A DNA stretch of 64,000 bases from a virus (Duplodnaviria > Caudoviricetes), in the IMG/VR virus record IMGVR_UViG_3300028591_000082. One strand, 5' to 3'. The notes under the pieces are model-generated. The model was not told the DNA's origin, made no database searches, and saw only the letters and a program-made list of their open reading frames with translations. The position numbers and the translations under genes were made by a program. This document shows positions 1-9,570 of this stretch, piece after piece; positions within the stretch are counted from its first letter, which is position 1; each line of letters begins with the position of its first letter.

Positions 1-240
1 TATTATATCATAAAAAATACACTTTAACAGGGTGTAAAAAATAAGAGGAAAATATTAAATAACATCTTTTTCTATTATATCTTCAAAACCTTTCGTAAAA
101 GTTATATCGTCCATTATTTGATCGATATCAGGTTCTTTTTTGTCTACAGTTTCAATAGTTTCTGAAGATATTTGCTCAGTTATATTTTGAGCATTTTTAT
201 CATTTTTATCATTTTCGATAGACACCTACAAATCTCCTAT

Positions 241-963
241 TTAGGCAGCTCTATGCTTTTTTGCTATTTCTTGAGCTTTAAAATAATTAAACCAGTCATT
301 GTAAGAAATGTAAATAAATTTTCTTTCTTTTGTTTTTTCACTTTCAAATATTAAAGGTCTATATTCTACAAGCCCATTATTTATTTTAAAATCTTCTTCC
401 ATACAAACACCTATAGGAAGAAAACCTTTTAGTTTTTTATTTAAAAGATCTTCTAATTGTATTGGCGGTGGATCTTCCCTTACTTTTACAAAATCTCCTT
501 GAATATTTTCTGTGTCAATTTCTTCTGAATTTATATTATTTGTAATAAAAGAAAAATCATAATATTCTTCTTCTGCAGATGGCAATTCTTCCAAGTCACT
601 TTCAAAATCTTCTTCTATTTCTTCAAGGGCCCCAACAAACTGATCATCGAAAAAATCGTCACTTCCAGGATATTCCTTGTATGCTTTTTTTTCTTCAATA
701 TATTCTTCCAATGTTATATCCAAATTTACAACTTGAACAATCCTATGTTCCATTGGTTTATACTGTTCGTATTTATCATCCTCTCTTCTTAAAAAACCAG
801 AAATTGATATTTTTGATGGATCTTTCATAAGGTCTTCAAGCTCTTTTTCGCTAACACTATATACAGATTCATAGTATCCATGTTTAATAATCCAAACATA
901 AGATGGATTTACCTCGTATATATATGTTTTACTTTCCGATAATTTACATATTTTCAAAAGCAT
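241..963 (-). CDS. Acidic hypothetical phage protein (240 aa)
   Basis: Long ORF, AAGGA SD, D/E-rich, ends RAA. Confidence 0.75.
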   Translation of the reverse strand: MLLKICKLSESKTYIYEVNPSYVWIIKHGYYESVYSVSEKELEDLMKDPSKISISGFLRREDDKYEQYKPMEHRIVQVVNLDITLEEYIEEKKAYKEYPGSDDFFDDQFVGALEEIEEDFESDLEELPSAEEEYYDFSFITNNINSEEIDTENIQGDFVKVREDPPPIQLEDLLNKKLKGFLPIGVCMEEDFKINNGLVEYRPLIFESEKTKERKFIYISYNDWFNYFKAQEIAKKHRAA

Positions 964-1048
964 ATTTTTTTATCCTTATATCCCAAAACAAAATAAGGGA
1001 AGCATCGAAACTTTCAACGCTTCCCAAGAAGTAAGAGGTGAGTATTAT

Positions 1049-1222
1049 TTATTCGTCGAGAACACTATAGTCGACGAACTCTTCCGATTTACCTTCAATT
1101 TTTCTTCGAAGTTTTTCTGCTTCGGCAACTGAAATCTTTATACCGTTGTAATCAACACTTAAAGAGCCATTGCTTTCAACATTAATCGTTCCGACATTTT
1201 TTATAAATCTTGTTCTGCCCAT
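1049..1222 (-). CDS. Hypothetical protein, 57 aa (MGRTRFIKNV...VLDE), below ORF-track cutoff
   Basis: Manual translation; GGGAG SD; fills the gap between 241-963 and 1235-1753. Confidence 0.65.
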   Translation of the reverse strand: MGRTRFIKNVGTINVESNGSLSVDYNGIKISVAEAEKLRRKIEGKSEEFVDYSVLDE

Positions 1223-1234
1223 TTTACTTCTCCC

Positions 1235-1753
1235 TTATACAGCAAAAATATAAACTTTTACATCACCACTTTCTTCATAGTCAAATGAAACTTCACTTTT
1301 ATCTTCTGGATCAACTCCTTCTGTATAAAAGTAATCGTTATAAAGAGAAATAAAGCCAATCATTTTTTGACAAGTAGAAATCTTATAAGCAAAATCATTT
1401 GCGTCATCTTCAAGATAAGCAATATCATCTTCGAGCTGTTGTTTCTGCTCTGCATCAAGTTTGTAATACTCAACGCTATTTTTTATTGCTTTCTTTACTG
1501 CGGCTTCTTGAATCATTTCACGATACTTTCGTTCGTAAATTTCAGAAGCATTTGCAAATGAATTAAGATCATACCATTCTCCAAAAGAATCTTTTGTACC
1601 ACTTGGAGTAGGAAGATCACATTTGCAAGGAACAATTTCTTCGTCAAGATGTGCAGAATATCGAGTCTGATTTACATTCTTAAGTTCATTGAAACAAGCG
1701 TTAAACTGAAGTTTACCGTTCTTAAAAAGTTTGAAATGGATATCGTATCCCAT
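1235..1753 (-). CDS. Hypothetical phage protein
   Basis: ORF with AGGGGG SD in a co-directional run. Confidence 0.75.
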   Translation of the reverse strand: MGYDIHFKLFKNGKLQFNACFNELKNVNQTRYSAHLDEEIVPCKCDLPTPSGTKDSFGEWYDLNSFANASEIYERKYREMIQEAAVKKAIKNSVEYYKLDAEQKQQLEDDIAYLEDDANDFAYKISTCQKMIGFISLYNDYFYTEGVDPEDKSEVSFDYEESGDVKVYIFAV

Positions 1754-1772
1754 ATGATCCCCCTTATTTGTT

Positions 1773-2012
1773 TTATTTTATTTCAATGGTAACACCATTT
1801 TTCTTATGCACAATTACTTTTGCAGCAAGTGTTTTCTTAGAACCAGTTCCTGCCATTTTGTATTTATTTCTGTTCGTTATTTTTTCATTGTTAATCTTAT
1901 CCCATTCTTCGTCAGAGATTTTGAAACTATCACGAACAGCCTGCTTTTCCATAGCCTCACGAACTCTTAATTCTTTGAAGCTCAATCTTTTTCCACCTTT
2001 AAGATTTTTCAT
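1773..2012 (-). CDS. Small basic hypothetical protein
   Basis: First gene after the box A promoter at 2036-2070; GAGG SD before MKNLKGG. Confidence 0.7.
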   Translation of the reverse strand: MKNLKGGKRLSFKELRVREAMEKQAVRDSFKISDEEWDKINNEKITNRNKYKMAGTGSKKTLAAKVIVHKKNGVTIEIK

Positions 2013-2080
2013 TTTATACCTCACCTTACTCTTATATTATATCACGAAAATATCATTTCGACAGGGTGCAAAATTTTTGG

Positions 2081-2410
2081 TTAAATCTTAATATTATTTC
2101 TTGAAGATTGTTCAAGCTCTTTTAATATTTTAAAAGAACTTTTTCTTATATCGTCGCAATTATTCATTGGAAAATAACAATCTGCATAACAATTAACAAG
2201 TTTTATAATTAAAGTACATACAGGAATATCACATCTTCCTGCAAAGATTTCTCCTCTACCTGTTAACATAGTTTTTAATACACAATCAGAGCAAGGAATA
2301 TAATCATGTTCTAATTTTAATTCTCTACTTCTAGGAACTCTACTTATATATTTATTATATGATAAATATGATAATTGTCTTTTTGCTTCTTTCTTTTGTT
2401 CTGAATTCAT
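2081..2410 (-). CDS. Cys-rich small protein with C-terminal tag (RNNIKI)
   Basis: CxxC plus further Cys; tag ends in an ATT codon plus TAA with no overlapping downstream gene. Confidence 0.75.
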   Translation of the reverse strand: MNSEQKKEAKRQLSYLSYNKYISRVPRSRELKLEHDYIPCSDCVLKTMLTGRGEIFAGRCDIPVCTLIIKLVNCYADCYFPMNNCDDIRKSSFKILKELEQSSRNNIKI

Positions 2411-3045
2411 TTTACATTCCTGAAACTAGATTTCTTATCAAAACCGTGATTTTCTATTTTCTCATTGTTTGAAAGACCTTTACTCTCTGTCTTTTCGCTA
2501 TTCTCTTGCAAAGCAGTAAAATATTCTACAAAGGCAAAGTAAATTTCTTCAGCAGAAGTGCAAGAAGGAATACCACTTTCTTTAAGAATTATAATTCCTT
2601 TTTTGTTTCCATAAGGAGCATCTTCTATTACTTTTGAGTAATAATATTTATTAAGAACACATTTTATTATTTCTTCATTTCCCCTTCCATTGTTTTTCCA
2701 GCCAAGCTTCCAAAAATCAACATAAAGTTTTTCAAGAGTAAATTCAGATAAATGATCGTAATCCTTCCATTTATGTATAAGTTCTGTATTAAAATCAATT
2801 ACTTCTCTATACATAGAATCTGATTTTACAACATTTACTTTATAAAGAAATCTTGTATAACCAATAGATAAAAGCAAAACGCAATATTTATTGCCATTAT
2901 CATATGAACGATCGTCTATGCTAAAGTGAGCACACCATTCTTGTCTGGAAATAGATATAGAACCCCTTCTATCAAATGTATAAAAATCGGGGTATATTCC
3001 TTGAAGATAATCGTAAAAGTCTTTGTTTTTATCTATTATTCTCAT
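2407..3045 (-). CDS. Hypothetical phage protein, probably leaderless (starts MRIIDKNKDFYD)
   Basis: ATG lies 6 nt past the -10 at 3052-3057; no SD. Confidence 0.7.
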   Translation of the reverse strand: MRIIDKNKDFYDYLQGIYPDFYTFDRRGSISISRQEWCAHFSIDDRSYDNGNKYCVLLLSIGYTRFLYKVNVVKSDSMYREVIDFNTELIHKWKDYDHLSEFTLEKLYVDFWKLGWKNNGRGNEEIIKCVLNKYYYSKVIEDAPYGNKKGIIILKESGIPSCTSAEEIYFAFVEYFTALQENSEKTESKGLSNNEKIENHGFDKKSSFRNVK

Positions 3046-3095
3046 ATGTGTATTATACAACTAAAAAATTATTTAAGCATGGTGCAGATACTTTG

Positions 3096-3365
3096 TTATT
3101 TTAAATCTAATATATCGTCAAAACTATATATAAAATAATATTTTACTTCTTCTAATATGTCTTTACAACGAATGTAACCAGATCCATCTTTTTGCTTAAT
3201 GTTCATTCCAGGATACATTCTGTTTAACAATTTAATGCAAGAATCAATTCTTAATATTTTCTTTAAAAATCTACAAGGACAATCAATACAATCAATATCA
3301 TCTTCATGTAATTCTGACAATTCATTTACTTTATTTACAATTAATGCACTAAAACTTCTTTCCAT
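3096..3365 (-). CDS. Cys-rich small protein (CIDCPC...C...C) lacking the C-terminal tag
   Basis: Same Cys spacing as the array proteins; ends DILDLK. Confidence 0.6.
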   Translation of the reverse strand: MERSFSALIVNKVNELSELHEDDIDCIDCPCRFLKKILRIDSCIKLLNRMYPGMNIKQKDGSGYIRCKDILEEVKYYFIYSFDDILDLK

Positions 3366-3981
3366 ACTTTTCTTCACAATCAACCAAAGCAAATAAAAGT
3401 TCTTTTGATATATTTAGTTTATCAAGAAGTTCCAAATTCTTTGGAATTAAAAACATACAATCTTTATCAAAACCAACTATTTTAATATCTACTTTTTTAC
3501 CATTTAGTAAATCTATAAATTTTTGATTTCCTTCTTTTTTATTATACAAAATAAGATCGCTGCAAGTTCTAAATTCTTCGTTATTAAGAACTGTTTTGTC
3601 AAACTTCTCGATAAACAAATCTGAATTTATTACAAATGCATTATTAAACATTGAAACAAATAAATTTGCAGCCTTTGAGATCAATTTATCAAAATCTTCT
3701 GTATCGTCTGGAAATATAGTAATAAGTGGTTCTACAGGAATTGATACAATTTTTCCATTACCTATAGACTTAATCCAAGATTTAATACATCTTTTTTTGT
3801 GTGGATATTTTTCAAAGTCATAACCTTCGTCAAAATGAAATAATATGTATACCATTTCATTTTCTTTTGTACTTTCAATTACTTCTTTAATAGACCCACA
3901 GCTCATTTCACCACTTTCAGGATCAATTATTGTAACAATTAAAAAATCCCTTAAGTATTCTAAATCTTTATCACTTACCAT
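3349..3981 (-). CDS. Hypothetical protein
   Basis: ORF; start moved to MVSDKD to avoid overlap with the upstream gene. Confidence 0.65.
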   Translation of the reverse strand: MVSDKDLEYLRDFLIVTIIDPESGEMSCGSIKEVIESTKENEMVYILFHFDEGYDFEKYPHKKRCIKSWIKSIGNGKIVSIPVEPLITIFPDDTEDFDKLISKAANLFVSMFNNAFVINSDLFIEKFDKTVLNNEEFRTCSDLILYNKKEGNQKFIDLLNGKKVDIKIVGFDKDCMFLIPKNLELLDKLNISKELLFALVDCEEKYGKKF

Positions 3982-3997
3982 TTTATTCCCAAAAATA

Positions 3998-4486
3998 TTA
4001 GTCGTCTTTCTGATTAAAATATGAAGCAAGAATTTCAGATAATTGCTTTGCTTCATTAGCTGTTACTAAATCTTTATCTTTAATAAAGACAGATTTTTCG
4101 CTGCCAACTCCTACGAGTTTTGAAAGATTTATAATCTTCCTACAAAGAGTTCCATCTCCACCGACATCTTCACATCTGTCGGGCCAGGCAACACACTTCT
4201 CTTTATCTTTTGCAGAACAAGGATAACAAATTTCTACAAAATCAGAAGAAGGCATAATTACTTCTTCGGCTTTTCCATCAACACAACAAGAATTAATGAA
4301 GTCAATAAAGCACTGGTCGTCAACCATCTTTGCAACTTCCTGCTCAGAAATTTCTTTTCCAACTGGAGTTAAGTCATTATGACCCTGACAATAAAACCTC
4401 CAAAGAATTTCTTTGAAAGGAACAGGCTCCCAATCTTTTCTTGAGGCTTCGTAAAACTTTTCAAAATTTTCTCTTAAGTCTTTCAT
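3998..4486 (-). CDS. Hypothetical protein with Cys cluster
   Basis: ORF, GGAG SD. Confidence 0.7.
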   Translation of the reverse strand: MKDLRENFEKFYEASRKDWEPVPFKEILWRFYCQGHNDLTPVGKEISEQEVAKMVDDQCFIDFINSCCVDGKAEEVIMPSSDFVEICYPCSAKDKEKCVAWPDRCEDVGGDGTLCRKIINLSKLVGVGSEKSVFIKDKDLVTANEAKQLSEILASYFNQKDD

Positions 4487-4488
4487 TG

Positions 4489-4839
4489 CTATATCTCCAA
4501 TTTTTCTCTAGTGTCTTTGACACCATTTATTCTTTTAACCTGAATCCAAATCCAACGGCAATCGTCGTCAGAAACCGTAATGTGTGCATTATTTAATAAT
4601 TCTTCAAATGTAAATTTACCGTTATACATACACCACATTACATTATATTCACCATTTTGATGGGCAGCATCTGCAGCCTCTTCGCTTTCAACAAATTTTG
4701 CGTCAAAATCTGAGCAAATTTCTTCTACAGCTTTTCTTATTTTTGGAAATGATCTTTTATTAAAATAAAAAGGACTACAATAATCATAATCACCATTGTA
4801 ATCTTTTGCTTCAATTATTACGATTTTTTCGTCTTTCAT
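4489..4839 (-). CDS. Hypothetical protein (ends REKLEI, borderline tag)
   Basis: ORF in co-directional run. Confidence 0.65.
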   Translation of the reverse strand: MKDEKIVIIEAKDYNGDYDYCSPFYFNKRSFPKIRKAVEEICSDFDAKFVESEEAADAAHQNGEYNVMWCMYNGKFTFEELLNNAHITVSDDDCRWIWIQVKRINGVKDTREKLEI

Positions 4840-4864
4840 TGTTATATAAAAGTCAGAACTACCT

Positions 4865-4936
4865 TCGTAGAAACAGGACTCGAACCCATATTCACATCTT
4901 ATATTGATGGTATGCTACCAATTACATCATTCCACT
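4865..4936 (-). tRNA. Degenerate tRNA-like gene, nominal anticodon TAT (Ile), enclosed by a 9-bp inverted repeat
   Basis: Minus strand: acceptor GTGGAA/TTCTAC, D arm ATGT-AATTGGTA-GCAT, anticodon arm CATC-AATATAA-GATG, T arm ATGGG-TTCGAGT-CCTGT; lacks U33 and CCA. Confidence 0.55.
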
Positions 4937-4957
4937 TTCGTTCTGACTTATTTCTCC

Positions 4958-5308
4958 TTACTTTTCACTTTTGAATGTATAGAAACCATTTTCCTTAACT
5001 ATCAATCCCTTTTTAAGAGATCCTTCGATAAGCTGTCTTGCATACTTAGGCATCTTTTTCTTTAAGACTACCATTTGCTTATCTGAAAGGAAATTTCTGC
5101 TCTTGTACTGCATAGCAAAAGATGTAAGAAGAGGGGCATCTGATGGAGTAAATCCTACACCATTATTATAATGGGTGTCTCCACTTTCTTGTTCACTCTC
5201 TGTCTGATTTGCAAACACAGTCATAAGACCTTTTACAGCCTGATTATCACGAACTGATAACTGTTCTCTGAGATATGAAATTAAATCATTTTTAGAAGTG
5301 TATTTCAT
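4958..5308 (-). CDS. Conserved-type phage hypothetical protein (QTxxEQ...NGVGF...LSxKQ...KYxxQL)
   Basis: Motif pattern recalled from other large phages; box A promoter and GGGG SD upstream. Confidence 0.75.
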   Translation of the reverse strand: MKYTSKNDLISYLREQLSVRDNQAVKGLMTVFANQTESEQESGDTHYNNGVGFTPSDAPLLTSFAMQYKSRNFLSDKQMVVLKKKMPKYARQLIEGSLKKGLIVKENGFYTFKSEK

Positions 5309-5370
5309 TTGTCGCCCCCTATATGTATATTATACACCGAAAAATCCATTTCAGCAGGGTGCAAAAAATA

Positions 5371-5512
5371 TTGACATAAAAAATTTAAAAAAATAAAATA
5401 CGAGCAAAGCGAGTAAATACACAATGCTTTCTACTACTTGCAATTCGATTTCTGTTTGTTGGTTCCACTTCGTTTCACCAACAAACAGAAATAAGGGGAC
5501 ATAGTCCCCTTA
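5371..5512 (+). ncRNA. Candidate sigma70-driven small RNA with three hairpins
   Basis: TTGACA(5371)-17-TAAAAT(5394); downstream ORF-less sequence with 15-bp perfect stem TTTCTGTTTGTTGGT/ACCAACAAACAGAAA and a TAAGGGGAC/GTCCCCTTA hairpin. Confidence 0.4.
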
Positions 5513-5516
5513 TGAT

Positions 5517-6044
5517 TTAGCAATATTCGTTGTCGTACCAAATACTCTTTTTGAGTTTTAAAAGTCTTGCAATCTGAACGCAGCCGCTATTACCATAACC
5601 TTTATCAAGTTCTTCGCAGAAACCATCATATGAGTAATTTACTCTAAATTCTGGTTCAAAACCTTCTTCAAATTTTTTGAATTCTTCGTAAGCTTCTTCT
5701 TTTGTTGTTCCTTCAAAAACAAACTGATCAAAAAATTCATAAATACTGTCATAATGAAAAGTTTTATTGATCAATTCTATATCTTCTTCAAACAAAAGAT
5801 TATCAAGCATATTTTCATACTTGATATTTTTGAGAAGATCTTCGTCATTCAGTTCCATATATTCAGCGGCATCTATGTTGTAAGAACCGTGATTCATTGG
5901 ACTTTTGTAATGAGATACATAAATGTATTCGTGATCATATCCATTTGCATTTTGAATTATACGATGAACTTCAAAATATACATCAGATGGATTTGATGAC
6001 CAAAGATCCTTAACTGTAAAACTTCCTATTTTTCTTGATTTCAT
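5517..6044 (-). CDS. Acidic, aromatic-rich hypothetical protein
   Basis: Box A promoter and GGGGTG SD upstream. Confidence 0.75.
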   Translation of the reverse strand: MKSRKIGSFTVKDLWSSNPSDVYFEVHRIIQNANGYDHEYIYVSHYKSPMNHGSYNIDAAEYMELNDEDLLKNIKYENMLDNLLFEEDIELINKTFHYDSIYEFFDQFVFEGTTKEEAYEEFKKFEEGFEPEFRVNYSYDGFCEELDKGYGNSGCVQIARLLKLKKSIWYDNEYC

Positions 6045-6121
6045 AATCACCCCTTATTTGTACATATATTATATCACGAAAAATATATCTTAACAGGGTG
6101 CAAAAATTTAAATATAGAATG

Positions 6122-6343
6122 TTATTCTTCGAATAATGATCTTTGATATTCTACATATACTGCTAATGTAAAAAGCCAAGCTAATGTTTCTAAAGAAACT
6201 TCTGCAGTTCCATTCTTTGCAAAACTTTCAAGTTTCTTTTTCTTTATATCTTCTACTGTTATAATTTCTTTTTTAAAATAGCTCCACCCATTTTCTTCAA
6301 TAAATGTCATTACATTTTCAACAAGGTGTTCTTCACAAGACAT
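6122..6343 (-). CDS. Hypothetical protein
   Basis: GGAG SD, ORF. Confidence 0.65.
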   Translation of the reverse strand: MSCEEHLVENVMTFIEENGWSYFKKEIITVEDIKKKKLESFAKNGTAEVSLETLAWLFTLAVYVEYQRSLFEE

Positions 6344-6356
6344 TAAATTTCTCCAT

Positions 6357-6713
6357 TTATATTTTTATATTACGATCTGTTATTTTTATTTTTACAGGAA
6401 ATTTTTCAAAAAAAAGATCACATAACAAAGAATCATCTTCAACAAATTCTTCTATAAAATCTCGAAGAGTTCCACTCCAACCAATAAGTTTACATAAAGC
6501 ATAAGCTCTTTGAGCACAACAAGATATTGTACTTCTACTTGCATAACTAAAAAATTTTTCAAATTTTTTATTTTCGTGAAGAATAGCACGATTATCTGGT
6601 TCAAAAGGGCAATGATATCCATAGCAATTGTCAGTAAAACCTTCCCCTTCGCCAATTTCTATTTTATTTTTGATATATTTTAAGTTTTCTGATAATTGTT
6701 TTTCTAATTTCAT
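6357..6713 (-). CDS. Cys-rich tagged protein (ends DRNIKI)
   Basis: CxxxxCP...CC; C-terminal tag. Confidence 0.75.
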   Translation of the reverse strand: MKLEKQLSENLKYIKNKIEIGEGEGFTDNCYGYHCPFEPDNRAILHENKKFEKFFSYASRSTISCCAQRAYALCKLIGWSGTLRDFIEEFVEDDSLLCDLFFEKFPVKIKITDRNIKI

Positions 6714-7015
6714 ATTTTCGTATTTACCCTTGTTTTAACTTCTATATCATAAAACCATCTTGAAAACCTATCGCACCAAACTCCAGAACCTGGTTCGTGA
6801 ATTTCCTTTGGCAAATTTTCAATTTTAAAATAATCTAATATTTTTTCACAGTTAACTCCACAATCAAAAGCATTACTTATACCAATTTCTTTTCTGTAAA
6901 GACTCATTGATGTTTTTATTGGACAGTAATCACATTGTCCAAATCTTTTAGGATTTATTGTTTCTTTTATTTTATAAAAAATTTTTAATTTATTATATGG
7001 CATTCTTATTTTCAT
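6710..7015 (-). CDS. Cys-rich tagged protein (RVNTKI), paralogue of 7012-7326
   Basis: Shared FG.C..CPI, CG.NC..LDYF.I, GSG..C..FSRWF.D. Confidence 0.8.
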   Translation of the reverse strand: MKIRMPYNKLKIFYKIKETINPKRFGQCDYCPIKTSMSLYRKEIGISNAFDCGVNCEKILDYFKIENLPKEIHEPGSGVWCDRFSRWFYDIEVKTRVNTKI

Positions 7016-7326
7016 ATTTTTATATTATACCTTGATACAATTTTTAAATCACAAAACCATCTTGAGAATTCTTCACATGAAACACCATTGCCACTACCAT
7101 ATTTATGAATATGTTCAGGCAAAAGCCATCTAATGTTAAAATAATCTAATAATCTATCACAATTAAATCCACATCTTCTATTGTCAGATGTATTTGTCTC
7201 ATTTGGAAATTCTTCTTTTGCTATCGCTATAGGGCAACTGCAGCAATCACCAAAATAATCTGGATCACAAAAATTTACTATTTTATTAAATATTTTTACT
7301 TTTTTTGAAGTAAGTTTTATTTTCAT
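7012..7326 (-). CDS. Cys-rich tagged protein (RYNIKI)
   Basis: Paralogy to 6710-7015; ATGA overlap. Confidence 0.8.
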   Translation of the reverse strand: MKIKLTSKKVKIFNKIVNFCDPDYFGDCCSCPIAIAKEEFPNETNTSDNRRCGFNCDRLLDYFNIRWLLPEHIHKYGSGNGVSCEEFSRWFCDLKIVSRYNIKI

Positions 7327-7327
7327 T

Positions 7328-7534
7328 TTATTTCCCAAAAATCAAAGAAAGAACAAAAACCAATCCATATACAGATGTTTCAAGAACAAGAGCGTTGAAT
7401 GTCTTTTTGCATATATTCTTTCTTTCAAATGTATGTTCTGTATCGTGTTTTACTTTTGATTTTGATTGTACAAAGTTGTAAATAAGAGAAGCTGATTTTC
7501 CCATAAAAAGTACAAATGAAATATCTTTTATCAT
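7328..7534 (-). CDS. Small membrane protein
   Basis: Two hydrophobic segments; GGAGG SD; box A promoter upstream. Confidence 0.6.
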   Translation of the reverse strand: MIKDISFVLFMGKSASLIYNFVQSKSKVKHDTEHTFERKNICKKTFNALVLETSVYGLVFVLSLIFGK

Positions 7535-7594
7535 AATTTTTGCCTCCACATATAATTATATCACGAAAAATATATTTCAGCAGGGTGCAAATAA

Positions 7595-7903
7595 TTATAT
7601 TTTAATTTCTCTATTTGTTGTGATCATTGTTAAAATTTTTTTTGCTGAATCTAAGTTTCTACCACAAGTATCATTGTTTAAATAAAAATTGGTACGTAAT
7701 GATATAACATAATTAGTTAATGTTTGACAATTAGTATAATAATTTCCAGTTTTCTCTGTTCTTAATGGACATTGATCGCATGTACGACCACAAACATTAA
7801 TATACATATCTATAAATTCTATCATTTTTTTTGGACTAATCTTATATCTTTTTGAATAAAAATTTCTTATTCTAAGTGCTTCAATATTTTTGAATCTTTT
7901 CAT
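7595..7903 (-). CDS. Cys-rich tagged protein (REIKI)
   Basis: CDQCPL...C...C; tag followed by TAA. Confidence 0.75.
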   Translation of the reverse strand: MKRFKNIEALRIRNFYSKRYKISPKKMIEFIDMYINVCGRTCDQCPLRTEKTGNYYTNCQTLTNYVISLRTNFYLNNDTCGRNLDSAKKILTMITTNREIKI

Positions 7904-8235
7904 ATTTTTATATTCCTACTCTTAAGTCCAATGTTATATACCCAATTTTGAAAATTATCACAATCAACGCTGCCACGAATATATTTACACTGATATAGAT
8001 CCAAGTCAAAATAATGCATTATATCTATTGCTATATCAGAACAAGAATCAAAAATATCTACTTCTAATCTTATATTATTTATAAGATTATTTTCTGTGGC
8101 AATACCATATCTTCCTCTTAGTATACATACTGGGCATCCTTTGCAACTTTCATTTATTGTTTCTTTTTGCTCTTGTGGAGTTTTTATTCGAAACATATAT
8201 TTTTTTAACTCTTTAAATTCTTTAATATGTTTCAT
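7900..8235 (-). CDS. Cys-rich tagged protein (RNIKI)
   Basis: CKGCPVC...C...C. Confidence 0.75.
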   Translation of the reverse strand: MKHIKEFKELKKYMFRIKTPQEQKETINESCKGCPVCILRGRYGIATENNLINNIRLEVDIFDSCSDIAIDIMHYFDLDLYQCKYIRGSVDCDNFQNWVYNIGLKSRNIKI

Positions 8236-8489
8236 ATATTTATACTCCTACTTTTATTTAAAATATATTTTATTGCTTTTATATGGCTTCTACATCCATC
8301 TCTTCCTTCGTTAATTTTTCTCCAAATATCAAAACCACCTACTGTTTCTATATATCTTCCACAAGTAAGATGTAAACGATTATTTCTATCTGCACAAGCA
8401 CACATAATACATCCAGGATAACCTTTATTTCTAGAATGTTTGACGTACTCAACGGCTTTTTTAAAAGCAATTTTATCAATATTTTTCAT
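8232..8489 (-). CDS. Cys-rich tagged protein (RSINI)
   Basis: CIMCAC..NN...TC...GG...GC..HI.AIKY; related to 11566 and 11835. Confidence 0.75.
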   Translation of the reverse strand: MKNIDKIAFKKAVEYVKHSRNKGYPGCIMCACADRNNRLHLTCGRYIETVGGFDIWRKINEGRDGCRSHIKAIKYILNKSRSINI

Positions 8490-8755
8490 ATTTTTATATG
8501 CCTACCAAAATTGTTTACTATTTTGCAAATTATTGCTCTTCCTTCAGCACAACTTGTAAATTTTTTATCACCACCCATTGCTTTGTATATATCTGCACAA
8601 GAACCATGCATAGCATATTTCTCTCTTGGGAAGTCTGTTTTAAGTCTTTGCCATACACATTCTGCACAAGCAGTAACCTTTTCGTTTACTGTAACATTTT
8701 TATCGTATTTTATTATCCATTTGATATCTTTTAACAATTCTTTGTTTAAAGGCAT
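8486..8755 (-). CDS. Cys-rich tagged protein (RHIKI)
   Basis: CAEC...C...C. Confidence 0.75.
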   Translation of the reverse strand: MPLNKELLKDIKWIIKYDKNVTVNEKVTACAECVWQRLKTDFPREKYAMHGSCADIYKAMGGDKKFTSCAEGRAIICKIVNNFGRHIKI

Positions 8756-8783
8756 TTGCTAATCCTTCTTAATTATTTTTTTA

Positions 8784-9074
8784 TCATATTTTTATATCAC
8801 GTTTTGAATTATTGTCTAAAGCAAATTTTATTGCTACTATATGCTCGTCGCAACTAAGTTCATCTTCTTCAAAGCCAAGTCTTTCCCAAATATCTTCTCC
8901 TAAAACTTTTTCTATGCGTTCATAACAATATAAATTATCAGAATTATTTTGATGAGAGCTTGGGCAATTTTCACATTCGTCACAATCACTACTTTCATAA
9001 TCCAAAAATGTTATATAATGTAAAGTATCTTTAAATATTATTTCAGTTTGCTTATTTAGTTTTATTTTTTTCAT
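8784..9074 (-). CDS. Cys-rich tagged protein (RDIKI), paralogue of 9071-9328
   Basis: CENCP...C..IE.V.GE...EDE..C....AIK. Confidence 0.75.
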   Translation of the reverse strand: MKKIKLNKQTEIIFKDTLHYITFLDYESSDCDECENCPSSHQNNSDNLYCYERIEKVLGEDIWERLGFEEDELSCDEHIVAIKFALDNNSKRDIKI

Positions 9075-9328
9075 ATTTTGGCTGGTTTCCTATAATTTTC
9101 CAAAGTATATTTTATTGCTTTTAATCTATCACTACAGTTGTGCTCGTCTTCTCCTATTCCTATTTTTCTAAGAGATTCTCCAATTACTTCTTCAATAAAA
9201 ACACAACAGCCAAGATGAAGTGGATTATACTCAAAACTACAAGGACATTCAGTACAATTCCTTTCACCATATTTATGATATTCTAATGTTTTCTTAAAAA
9301 GTTCTATATAAGTTGAATTTAGTCTCAT
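9071..9328 (-). CDS. Cys-rich tagged protein (RKPAKI)
   Basis: CTECPC...CC...C. Confidence 0.75.
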   Translation of the reverse strand: MRLNSTYIELFKKTLEYHKYGERNCTECPCSFEYNPLHLGCCVFIEEVIGESLRKIGIGEDEHNCSDRLKAIKYTLENYRKPAKI

Positions 9329-9570
9329 ATTTTTGCTGGCTTCCTATGATTATAATCTTTTAAAGCTTTTTTAACTGATTCTAATCTTCTTTTGCATGAA
9401 TAAAAACCGAAACGATCTATATATTGTGGAATCACTCTAGTAAGAAAATCCATGCATCCTTCCCCACTTGGATTATTTGAATAACTAAGTGAACATATAC
9501 TACAGTCATGGCCTTGGTTTTCTTTTAATGCATTTTTTAAAGTTCTTATTTCTTCTTTGCTTAGTTTCAT
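9325..9570 (-). CDS. Cys-rich tagged protein (RKPAKI)
   Basis: CSIC...NN...GC...C. Confidence 0.75.
   Translation of the reverse strand: MKLSKEEIRTLKNALKENQGHDCSICSLSYSNNPSGEGCMDFLTRVIPQYIDRFGFYSCKRRLESVKKALKDYNHRKPAKI

Noticed and set aside
2064-2072. TTGCAC in box A as an ordinary sigma70 -35
   Set aside because: It lies 24 nt from the -10, not 16-18
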